Of a stretch of 64,000 nt of DNA, positions 9,481 to 18,548 are shown piece after piece. Numbering within the stretch: position 1 is the first letter of the stretch; every line of letters starts with the position of its first letter. The stretch is from Chlamydiales bacterium. Its GTDB lineage: Bacteria > Chlamydiota > Chlamydiia > Chlamydiales > JAAZZY01. Under the pieces are notes generated by a model, which worked only from the letters and a program-made list of their open reading frames with translations, made no database searches and was not told the DNA's origin. The position numbers and the translations under genes were made by a program. The stretch spans positions 64,001 to 128,000 of the forward strand of contig CBDBKM010000002.1 of the NCBI GenBank assembly GCA_965206695.1. Reading direction: 5' to 3'.

Positions 9481-12400
9481 TTATCGACTTTTAAAAACCA
9501 TCCCTGTTCCTCTACCCGGAGACATTAAATAATTATTTGAATAAACTTCTCTCGTATAAGAATTTAAGCCGGTAAAAATAATACCGTTTTGATCCTCTGT
9601 GTCTTGAAGCCGTAATGGCAATAACTTAGCTGTTTGCATTTTATGATCATTTTTTACACTACTAAGTACAGCCTCACTCTTCTCTTGCTTAACTTCTTCT
9701 GCTTTTGCAACCTCCTCTTCTTTTGGCGCAGATTCCTTAGAATCAACAACAGATTTCTCAGGATATCTTACAGATACCGGTTCTTTTTCTTCTGCAGATT
9801 GAACAAGTGAATTTTCACTTATTTCTTCTTCAATCTTTGGAGTATTCTTTAAAGAGATCTCTTCATCTTCACTAATCCAAACATCTAAATCCCTCGGCTC
9901 ACTAAGCTCGGTAGATTCTGATATTTCGGCAACCGTTCCTTCCGGAATATAAAACTTCTTAGAGTACATAGCTGCTCTACTAATAACCTGAGTAGACTTA
10001 GAAGCTTTTACTATATTAAGTGCATTGATATCTCCAACATCCTTTTGGAAATCAATCTTACCCTCAGATTCTACTGTTAAATCAACAGGTAGAGGTGAGA
10101 TAGAATCCGCATTAACTGTTCCTTGGAAGATAATTCCTGCACTTCCTTTATCAATGAGATTGGCGCTTCTGGTCAGAACCACATCGCCGGCGTAAACCAT
10201 CGCTCCACCTTGTGCTGTCATATCAGCATCGATTTCAATTTTAGAAGCTGTTGCTGATAGAGACTCAAGTGGTACGCTATTACCCACTGTAGCATCGAAG
10301 CAAATTTTTGCATTGCCTGCAACCGCCCTTAACTGTTTAGGCCCTTCAATAGATTTATGGAAATAAATGTTTCTACCCGGAGTATTACCTGAAGTAGAGC
10401 GCACGGTAGTATTACCGGCTAAATTTAATTCACCCATATCTATCGTTTTATTCACTGTTTCAATGATACCTTGGGTATATGTTTTATTACCTGTCGTATC
10501 CAACTGCGAATGGAAGGTTAGTACAGTACTATCATTCTTACCAAAAGTCAGTGACCCCGTATTTGCAAAAACCACTTCCCCTTTAACAAATCCACCACCT
10601 AACAAGCTTAGCGAGACCTCTTCTCCAAAAACAGATAAATCATTTGTATCAACTATACCTGCTACTACAACATCATTATGAAAGGCTAATGAAGGTGAAG
10701 ATGTAATCAAATCATTTACATTCACAGCACCGGTAAAGATAAGATAGGTTGATGTATTAAGTGTCAAATGACCAATTTCAATATCACCATAAATGTTAAT
10801 GTGACCGGGTCCTGTTTGTAAGAATAATTTTGATCCCAAGTTCTTACTGTTTATATTACCTTTTACAATAATATTATGATCCGATGTATCCAGGGTAGTA
10901 TTACTTAATAAGTTAATATCTGAGAATTCTATTATACCATGAGACTTAATCTTACCCATCATTGAAACAGGACTATCAGTGATCCTTAATGATCCTGAAA
11001 AGACTAAGATATTAGATTCATTACCACCAAAAACAACTCCACCGGTGTTAGCGAATTGAGTATCTCCGGTAATCGTACCGCCACCCAGTAGATGAAAATA
11101 TTTACCGCTACCGTTGGTAGCTACTCCTAAAGCGCTTATGCTTTCAGTAATAGTTGTATTGTCATTAAATATTAAGTTAGGAGAAGTTGTCTGCAAGTTA
11201 TTCACATCAACCGAATATGGGAAACTAATATCTTTATTGGTAATCAAGATCAAACTGTCAAGTGGTGTCTGATTTCCAATTTCCCGATCGAAGACGATCA
11301 TTCCATCTGATCGATTTGTTTCAATCTCAAGTTCATAATTACCGTTAACCGATCCATGGAAATAAGTAATCCCATCTATAATTTTAAGGTTATTGGTTAC
11401 AATAAGATCTCCGTTAAAGCAGACCTTACCAAGCTGTGCATTCACATCAGAATTGATAGAGATTTGTTTAGCAGTTACCGTTAAAGCATTAATTGGTTGG
11501 CTTACACCCACTTTTCCTTGAAAGATGATGTTATCTCTACCGGAATCCACTTCTAGCACTCCGTTACCGTCTATACTTGAATGAAAGTGGATCTGCTTGC
11601 CTTCAGTACCATTCTCAGTTGTCAGAATCTTCAGATTGCCGGTCATAGTCAAGGCATCCATATCAATTGTTTGATTTACGGTTTTAAGAATTCCCTGAGC
11701 TCGAGTGTTCCCTGCTGTTGTATCTATAGATCCTAACACGGTTAATACAGATTTCTTACTATCACCTAGTGTGATAGTTCCCGTATTATAAAACATAGCG
11801 TTTCCTTCGATTACCCCTCCGCCGAGTATGCTGACAAAATTATCTGATCCAATCGCAATGATGTCTTTTGAATGAATGGCGTAACGGATCTCCGTATTCC
11901 CTGCGAATGTAAGGGTTGGAGTTGATGTTGTTAGAGTTCCCGTATTCAAGACCTGAGGGAAAACAAGTTCATTATTGGTAACGATGCCTAAATGATTTAA
12001 TGGGATGGATTCTCCAACTCCTTTGTTAAAGTGTACCACAGCATCTATATGTGATAATTCAATCTCTAAGTCAAAATCACCATTTATATTTCCATTAAAA
12101 ATAACCCCTTGAGATCCTCTGTTTCGAACTATCGCATCATTAGTTACCAGCAGATCGGCATCAAAATTTATCAATCCATTTTGGATATTCATAACTGTTT
12201 TAAGTTCGATCTCTTTAGCACTAACTTCCAAGGAATCCAATGCAATTTGAGATCCAATCTGATCATCAAAAAATACTTTTCCCTTTCCGGCTTGAACAAC
12301 TAAACTATGTTGTCCATCTACATGTGAATAGAAATGTATATTCTGTCCTTCAGTAGAAGCCTCATTAGACTGAATTGCTAAAGGACCGGAAATATAGAGT

Positions 12401-15400
12401 TTACTGAAATTGATTTCATGATTGATTGTCCGGATCTTTCCTCTTGCTTGAGTAGGGCCGGCTGTTCTTTCAAGGTTTCCTTTAAAGATAAAGTGATCAA
12501 TATCATTGTCACCTAATACTAATGCACCGGTATTTGCAAAGTTAGCATGACCTGAGAATGTTCCTGTCCCAAAGAAAAGAGCTGCTTTTCTGACACCATC
12601 AGTTAAAACATTAACAGCTATAATAGACTTCAAAATCTCAACATCATTTGAAAAAATTAATAATGGAGCATTTGTCTCAAGTTGACCCAGTCGAACAACA
12701 TCAGGAAAAATAACATTATTAACGGATAATAAATGTAGCTTATTTAATGGTAGAATATTTCCTACTTCATTCAAGAAAGTTATCGTTCCGTTCAATCCCT
12801 TCGTTTCCAAGGTTAGATTGTACGCTCCATTAACAGGACCTAAGAAAGTAATACCGGTAGCTCCGCCATCAACTAGAGTAGCATCTTGTGTCAACAGAAC
12901 ATCTCCATCAAAATAAAGAGCTCCGGCTTGAGCTGTCATATCAGCTCCAATTTCTATTTGCTTTGCCAACACATTTACTGAGTTTAGTGCCATCTTCTTA
13001 CCAATTGCTTTTTGGAAGCTTACCGCACCACCACTCGTATTACATATAATATCTAAATCATATGCTCCATCAATGGTTCCATAAAAAGTAATCCCTTCAC
13101 CTAGATTTGAAATGCTAACATTGTTAGCTAAGAATAGATTACCTTTAAAATTTAAAGGACCCTCTCCCACCGATACATTACTTCTGATTTCAATCTCACT
13201 AGCTATAATATCCATTGCACTTATAGGAGATTCTCCCCCTATCTTTGAATTAAAGAGTACATTGGCCATCCCTGCATCAATAATAACCGGATTATTGCCA
13301 TCTACTTTAGAGTTGAAATTGATCTGCATCCCTTCCGTATTATCGGCTGTAGTCTTTAGTGTTAATGCCCCTTGAGGAATCAATACATTCATATTAATTA
13401 TCTTATTAACCGTTTGAATAGTTCCTCTCGCCAAAGTCCGGCCAACAGTTCTATCAAACTGTCCTTTGAAGGTGAAAGTAGAGCGATCATTTTTTCCTAA
13501 GACAAGAGTACCTGAATTTTCAAATAATGCAGAGCCTTCGAAACTACCGCCTCCTAATAACACAACATTTTTTCCATTCCCTTTACAATTGAAGTTATTG
13601 GCCAGGCAAACTCCACTAATGGAAAGGTCATTATAAAATGTTATGGAAGGAGATGATGTAGCAAAGTCTTTAACCTTTACTACTGTTTTAATGTCTGTCT
13701 CTTTAGAAGTTTCTAGGGTAAGGTTTTGTACCTCAATGTTACCGGCTAAAGAAATCTCTCCCTGAGATGTCTTAATGCTTAAGTTCACATCTTTCTCTAG
13801 TTGAGTTATTTCTCCGGATACTTTGAAGGTATGTCCATTGCTATCAAAAGAAGTATGCCCGGATAAACCCAAGTTAGCGAGCTCAACCAATCCATTTATA
13901 TTAATATGTCCTTGCACGATTGTATCACCGGATAAAGAATGTAAATCGCTTGCAAATTGGAACGTATCGGATTGACTCGCTCCTAATTTTAATCCACCTG
14001 AATTAGTGAATTTGCTCTTTCCATTGATAACACCGCCACCCAGTAATTTTACTGTCTTACCTTCACCTTTAGTAATAAGGGCTTCTGTATTGATAGAACC
14101 ATAAACAACTAAATCCTCATAAAAAGCTACGAATGGTGAAGTCGTTGTAAAGTCATTGACTGTCACCGGGACTTTGAAAGTTGCTGTAGAAGTACTCAAA
14201 AGATTAAAGTTATTAACATTAATCGGTCCATTAAACTCTACACCACCAACATCTGTTGAAATCGTTAAATCAGAGTTTGTTAACCCTTTATCAATAAATC
14301 CTTTGATATTTAAAATATTTCCCTTAGTAACAAAAGTGGTATCTCCGGATAAATACAAATCAGCTATATCCACTCTGCCATTTACAATTACTCTACCTTC
14401 AACTGTTGTCATACCAATTGAAGTATCCAAAGGGCCGGCAAAAACTAATTCAGCTTGTTGATAACCACCTAAAATAATTCCACCCGTATTGTTGAACGTA
14501 GAAGCACCGGAGACTTTACCGCCCCCTAAAATCTTAACTGTTTTACCTATACCTGTTGTATTTAGGTTGTTAACACTAATTAATCCATTAACTACAAAGT
14601 CATCAGCTAGTGTTATAAGGTCTGAATTGGCAATAAAATCATTAACCTTTAAAGAATTGCTAAAGGTAGTACGACTTGTTGTCATAAGATTTAAATTACT
14701 TATGTCAACATGGCCTGCAATCTCAATAAAACCTTCTGCAGTTTCAATACTAAGGTCAGCACGAGGCGTCGCCTGATTAATATTACCGGTCGTATGAAAA
14801 TCATGGCCTCGTGTACTAAACCCGGTATTACCTGCCAATGTGAGAGACGAAATTTCTACATCCCCATTAACAACGATATTTCCCCGGGTAACCAGCAATG
14901 AAGATCGAGTATTTAAATCACTACCTATTATCAGAATATCTTTTTCACTGCCACCTAAGAAAATTCCACCGGTATTGTTGAAATCGATGCTATGGGAGAT
15001 TTTCCCTCCGCCGGATAAGCTGATTGAGCCTTCACCGGAAGTATAAACTGATACAAGATCAACAGGACCATCGATAGTCAATCCTGCACTGTTGTCTAAT
15101 TCGTTGAAGCCCTTAACAGCTCCGACTACTAATACCGCTCCTATTTCATTATTTTGACCTTTGAAAAATAAACGCTGTTTTCCAGGCCCTTTGGCTATAA
15201 TATCAGAATTAATAGCCATAATAGGCTCTTCACGTTTTGAATTACTCAAAACAAATTCAAACCGATCTGCTTCAATTTGAAAGCCGTTCGTTCCTCCAAC
15301 AGGAGCTTGAACGGTTAATTCATGAGCCACAATTTGATTAAAGCTTGATTGACAAACAATCTGTCCGGAGTGAGAGTTAGCAACGATTAAAGAAACCTTA

Positions 15401-16809
15401 CCATTAGGAACTTGTATGTTATCTTTTCGCATACGTATCTCATTGCCTGCCCAGATACGTAAATCGATTGTTGATGATGAATTATAAAGATTAGCACTTA
15501 TTGTAACCTTATTGGTAGCAGCTATATATAAGACACCACTAGAAAAATTATTAATAACTGAAGCATCTAATTCTACTTGTGGGCCACTAACCGGAGGGAA
15601 AGTATCTACTTCTTTATAATCTAAAGACCCTTCATCTTTAATGACGATGTTTGTTGGATCTAAAAACCATGTTCCCGCTTTTCCTTTCGGAGCATCTACA
15701 TGAACTTCACCAACCTTAATACCCAAATTTTCTTTACCGGATGTTTCAACAAAACCACCATCACCACCGGCTTCTCCACCAAGAACGTATATTTTACCGT
15801 CAAACTGCGTAATGGTATCAGACCAAACAATGACCTTTCCTCCATTCCCTTCATTTAAAGCATTCGCTGAAATAGTTGAGTGTTGATCAATCGATGTTGT
15901 GGTTGCAGTCTTATGCGGTCCCTTACCTTCATAATCTCCACCTAGAAGAATTAAGCCGCCGCCTAAATAACCCGATGCATCTAAAACAGCCCCTTCTAAG
16001 TTTATAACATCTCCAAATACGTGAATGTTACCACCTGTATGTCCCGATTTTCCATTAGAAGTATCGATATCACCCTTTATCTTCGCGGTTCCATAATTTG
16101 ATTGAAGCACTACAGTTGCACCTTGGATAAAACCGGAATGTAAAATAGCTACAGAGTTGAGATCGCTAAGACCCTGTATATTCTTTTTTTCATTCTCGGA
16201 TGCCCCCATAGATTGACATAGCAAACCTTCAATTTGTAACGAACCGTTCTCAGTAATGAAAGCAGAAACATCTTCAGCAGCTATAATTTCGCCTTCATTT
16301 AATACATGTCGCCCTATAAATCGAACAAATCCGGTTGAGTTAATTTTACCTTTATTAATGACATCACCCTTTATATAAGAGAAATTGTCTTGGTAATGAT
16401 TAAAATCATCATTGCCCAGCTCCGCTGCAATAACATAAAGTGATGCATCTTCTACCGATGATCCTAATGAAAATACTACACCTGCAGCATTGACAAGGTA
16501 AACGATTCCGTTTGCATCCAAACTGCCATCGATGTAAGTTGGTTCATCGCTTTCAATACGAACAAAAACCCTTGCATTACTATCCGACTGAATAAGGTGA
16601 ACGCTTTCATTTTTTTCAATATTAAAGGATTCATAATTGATGATACTACCGTCTGAAGCCTCAATAATTGTAGTTAGCCCAGCACTAGTAAAGGAAACTT
16701 GCCCTTGTATTATCTGAGGATCAAATGGTGCAGCGGTTAAGGTTGTCCCGTGAAAGAGAAGACCTAAACACGCTGCTACAAGAGGGCTGAATAAATTGTA
16801 CAATCTCAT
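9481..16809 (-). CDS. Filamentous haemagglutinin-like (TpsA-type) repetitive beta-helix exoprotein
   Basis: Signal peptide; TPS-like N-terminus (IINYESFNI, IDGSLDANGIVYLVNAAGVVF); GGDGGFVETSG..GTWFLDP; eight LGGG..F.N[TS]G repeats. Confidence 0.85.
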   Translation of the reverse strand: MRLYNLFSPLVAACLGLLFHGTTLTAAPFDPQIIQGQVSFTSAGLTTIIEASDGSIINYESFNIEKNESVHLIQSDSNARVFVRIESDEPTYIDGSLDANGIVYLVNAAGVVFSLGSSVEDASLYVIAAELGNDDFNHYQDNFSYIKGDVINKGKINSTGFVRFIGRHVLNEGEIIAAEDVSAFITENGSLQIEGLLCQSMGASENEKKNIQGLSDLNSVAILHSGFIQGATVVLQSNYGTAKIKGDIDTSNGKSGHTGGNIHVFGDVINLEGAVLDASGYLGGGLILLGGDYEGKGPHKTATTTSIDQHSTISANALNEGNGGKVIVWSDTITQFDGKIYVLGGEAGGDGGFVETSGKENLGIKVGEVHVDAPKGKAGTWFLDPTNIVIKDEGSLDYKEVDTFPPVSGPQVELDASVINNFSSGVLYIAATNKVTISANLYNSSSTIDLRIWAGNEIRMRKDNIQVPNGKVSLIVANSHSGQIVCQSSFNQIVAHELTVQAPVGGTNGFQIEADRFEFVLSNSKREEPIMAINSDIIAKGPGKQRLFFKGQNNEIGAVLVVGAVKGFNELDNSAGLTIDGPVDLVSVYTSGEGSISLSGGGKISHSIDFNNTGGIFLGGSEKDILIIGSDLNTRSSLLVTRGNIVVNGDVEISSLTLAGNTGFSTRGHDFHTTGNINQATPRADLSIETAEGFIEIAGHVDISNLNLMTTSRTTFSNSLKVNDFIANSDLITLADDFVVNGLISVNNLNTTGIGKTVKILGGGKVSGASTFNNTGGIILGGYQQAELVFAGPLDTSIGMTTVEGRVIVNGRVDIADLYLSGDTTFVTKGNILNIKGFIDKGLTNSDLTISTDVGGVEFNGPINVNNFNLLSTSTATFKVPVTVNDFTTTSPFVAFYEDLVVYGSINTEALITKGEGKTVKLLGGGVINGKSKFTNSGGLKLGASQSDTFQFASDLHSLSGDTIVQGHININGLVELANLGLSGHTSFDSNGHTFKVSGEITQLEKDVNLSIKTSQGEISLAGNIEVQNLTLETSKETDIKTVVKVKDFATSSPSITFYNDLSISGVCLANNFNCKGNGKNVVLLGGGSFEGSALFENSGTLVLGKNDRSTFTFKGQFDRTVGRTLARGTIQTVNKIINMNVLIPQGALTLKTTADNTEGMQINFNSKVDGNNPVIIDAGMANVLFNSKIGGESPISAMDIIASEIEIRSNVSVGEGPLNFKGNLFLANNVSISNLGEGITFYGTIDGAYDLDIICNTSGGAVSFQKAIGKKMALNSVNVLAKQIEIGADMTAQAGALYFDGDVLLTQDATLVDGGATGITFLGPVNGAYNLTLETKGLNGTITFLNEVGNILPLNKLHLLSVNNVIFPDVVRLGQLETNAPLLIFSNDVEILKSIIAVNVLTDGVRKAALFFGTGTFSGHANFANTGALVLGDNDIDHFIFKGNLERTAGPTQARGKIRTINHEINFSKLYISGPLAIQSNEASTEGQNIHFYSHVDGQHSLVVQAGKGKVFFDDQIGSQIALDSLEVSAKEIELKTVMNIQNGLINFDADLLVTNDAIVRNRGSQGVIFNGNINGDFDLEIELSHIDAVVHFNKGVGESIPLNHLGIVTNNELVFPQVLNTGTLTTSTPTLTFAGNTEIRYAIHSKDIIAIGSDNFVSILGGGVIEGNAMFYNTGTITLGDSKKSVLTVLGSIDTTAGNTRAQGILKTVNQTIDMDALTMTGNLKILTTENGTEGKQIHFHSSIDGNGVLEVDSGRDNIIFQGKVGVSQPINALTVTAKQISINSDVNAQLGKVCFNGDLIVTNNLKIIDGITYFHGSVNGNYELEIETNRSDGMIVFDREIGNQTPLDSLILITNKDISFPYSVDVNNLQTTSPNLIFNDNTTITESISALGVATNGSGKYFHLLGGGTITGDTQFANTGGVVFGGNESNILVFSGSLRITDSPVSMMGKIKSHGIIEFSDINLLSNTTLDTSDHNIIVKGNINSKNLGSKLFLQTGPGHINIYGDIEIGHLTLNTSTYLIFTGAVNVNDLITSSPSLAFHNDVVVAGIVDTNDLSVFGEEVSLSLLGGGFVKGEVVFANTGSLTFGKNDSTVLTFHSQLDTTGNKTYTQGIIETVNKTIDMGELNLAGNTTVRSTSGNTPGRNIYFHKSIEGPKQLRAVAGNAKICFDATVGNSVPLESLSATASKIEIDADMTAQGGAMVYAGDVVLTRSANLIDKGSAGIIFQGTVNADSISPLPVDLTVESEGKIDFQKDVGDINALNIVKASKSTQVISRAAMYSKKFYIPEGTVAEISESTELSEPRDLDVWISEDEEISLKNTPKIEEEISENSLVQSAEEKEPVSVRYPEKSVVDSKESAPKEEEVAKAEEVKQEKSEAVLSSVKNDHKMQTAKLLPLRLQDTEDQNGIIFTGLNSYTREVYSNNYLMSPGRGTGMVFKSR

Positions 16810-17242
16810 GACTGCCTCTTCCTTGATTGGTTTTACCTCTATAATCCATATAGAGTTGGTTACAAATTAGTTTATCTCTAACCTTATTTCGTCTTACCGT
16901 TTAATTTCATTTCTTTGCAAATAAAAATTTAAGCCCACCTGTATAATCTAAGGATTAGAGCTACCATTTTCTATTAATAAAGTCTTGAATCCAAGTGGAT
17001 AAGAGTAATACTATTATTATTTATCTTTTCTTCCGCTCTCTTACATATACACGAAAAGAGAACTTGGCCTTGCTAATATTATCGCGCCTTATAACAAATC
17101 TATCTTGGAGTTGATTTTGTTTGTAAATAGGAAAAAATCAATAATTAAAAGAACAAATAAAAAAATCGAAAAAATGAAGTCCTATTAGGAGAAGAAACCA
17201 CTGATTATCTTATATAAGAAAAAAGTATCCGAGATGGTTTTG

Positions 17243-17273
17243 CATAAAAACTGCAACGGTTGCAGTTTTTATG
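17243..17273. repeat. Perfect 15-bp-arm palindrome with 1-nt centre
   Basis: CATAAAAACTGCAAC-G-GTTGCAGTTTTTATG, 20 bp beyond the stop of the pGP6-D-like gene. Confidence 0.9.
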
Positions 17274-17293
17274 ATTTTGTTTCAATCAAACGC

Positions 17294-18040
17294 TTAAAAA
17301 AGGATTTGTTGCATTATTTCTAATATTTTTTGTAAACGACATCTATCTTCTGATTCTAACACTTGCTTTCTTTTTAAAAGCGCTAATAGGTTTTTCTCTA
17401 AGGTATCCAATAGAATAACATTTTCACTTTTCTTGATGCGTTTATCTGTTTCTCTCTTAGGTAATGCTTCCTGAATACGGGAAAGTATCTCTTGAGCTTT
17501 TTCTCCATTATAACCTTGCACTATTAATTTTTTAGCCTCTAACTCCCCTTCTCTACAGGCTAATACATAAGCTGCTTTTAAAGGAATCTCTTTGATCTTA
17601 GGCCTTAAAGAAGGGGGTAATTGCTGATATAAACGATAATAGGCCAAGATATTATAAGGAGTTCTGGGACTCCCAAAGGTAAGTTTTAACCATTCTTCGA
17701 ATACCCTCTCATTATAATCCTTTAAAAGGGTCCTGACTCTATTAATACGCTCTCCTATTAAAATCACTTGTTGCCGATTAATGCATTTAATTTCAGCTGT
17801 TAGATGTTTAACTTTTCGGCTATCTTTTTGGGCCTGATCTTCTGATACATCTCCCTCCGGCTGAACATCCAACATAAGATCATCAATAACTTTAGAATCA
17901 TGTCCTTCTAAATCTTTGAAATCAAATATCGCCCTAAAACTACTAATAGGACGTTCCTTCTCTATCTTTTCAGCGGTATTTTTATTTTGAGATTCTACAT
18001 GAGATTTAAACTGCTTTTTAAAGAGATTGACCTTTTTCAT
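17294..18040 (-). CDS. pGP6-D / CT583-family chlamydial protein
   Basis: LTAEIKCINRQQVILIGERI..VR, F..WL.LTFG..RTPYNIL.YY, IPLKAAYVLA.REG..E.K pattern recognised from this family. Confidence 0.85.
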   Translation of the reverse strand: MKKVNLFKKQFKSHVESQNKNTAEKIEKERPISSFRAIFDFKDLEGHDSKVIDDLMLDVQPEGDVSEDQAQKDSRKVKHLTAEIKCINRQQVILIGERINRVRTLLKDYNERVFEEWLKLTFGSPRTPYNILAYYRLYQQLPPSLRPKIKEIPLKAAYVLACREGELEAKKLIVQGYNGEKAQEILSRIQEALPKRETDKRIKKSENVILLDTLEKNLLALLKRKQVLESEDRCRLQKILEIMQQILF

Positions 18041-18144
18041 GACCGTTTCCTTATTTACTTAAGAGACCTTTGACATAACTTTAACTAATTTGGATTCTAA
18101 CCTCTCACCTATTCACCGAATAAGCACATTACTGAGATTTTTAT

Positions 18145-18293
18145 GACAATTAAGCGAGAAAACCTTTTGCTTTCGCATTGGGATGAAAGCGTCTCAATTA
18201 AAGTGTTCATTTTCATATCTTGTATACTATTCCTATCTTTTAGATCTACCTGTTGGGCCGGCGGTAAGTTAAGCCTTTGGAGATCATGTCAGA
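18145..18293 (+). mobile_element. Miniature IS200/IS605 remnant: left end plus 5' part of omegaRNA scaffold, no ORF
   Basis: 18140-18194 matches the reverse complement of 27771-27825; 18255-18293 resembles the minus strand of 26566-26604. Confidence 0.8.
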
Positions 18294-18548
18294 GCCGGGG
18301 AGCATGGGTTGGTTGAAGACCGTAAAAGTTCCCATGTGGGAATTTTTATTGCGCAACAAGTCTACTTCTCAATCCTAAAAAATACTTAGATCAAAACAGG
18401 CCCAAAATTATCATTTAAACCTCTATATTATGAATATGGCCTTATATTCCCATAAGCAACTTTTAGGGGTTTTAAGGCTATAGTTTGATAAAAGACACCT
18501 CTACCCTTAAGTATCCCGATGACTTTTCTGCTCGATGAAGAGTGAAAT

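Noticed and set aside
10367..16664. Short ORFs overlapping the FHA-like gene (mostly antisense)
   Set aside because: Shadow frames of a long coding sequence; the same applies to ORFs overlapping rsmE, valS, atpA/B, tal, rpoB/C, rpl genes, tuf, fmt and lnt
18241..18364. SRP/6S RNA or riboswitch in this GC-richer, foldable stretch
   Set aside because: SRP loop motif does not match; the sequence is better explained by homology to the IS605 right end plus a separate palindrome
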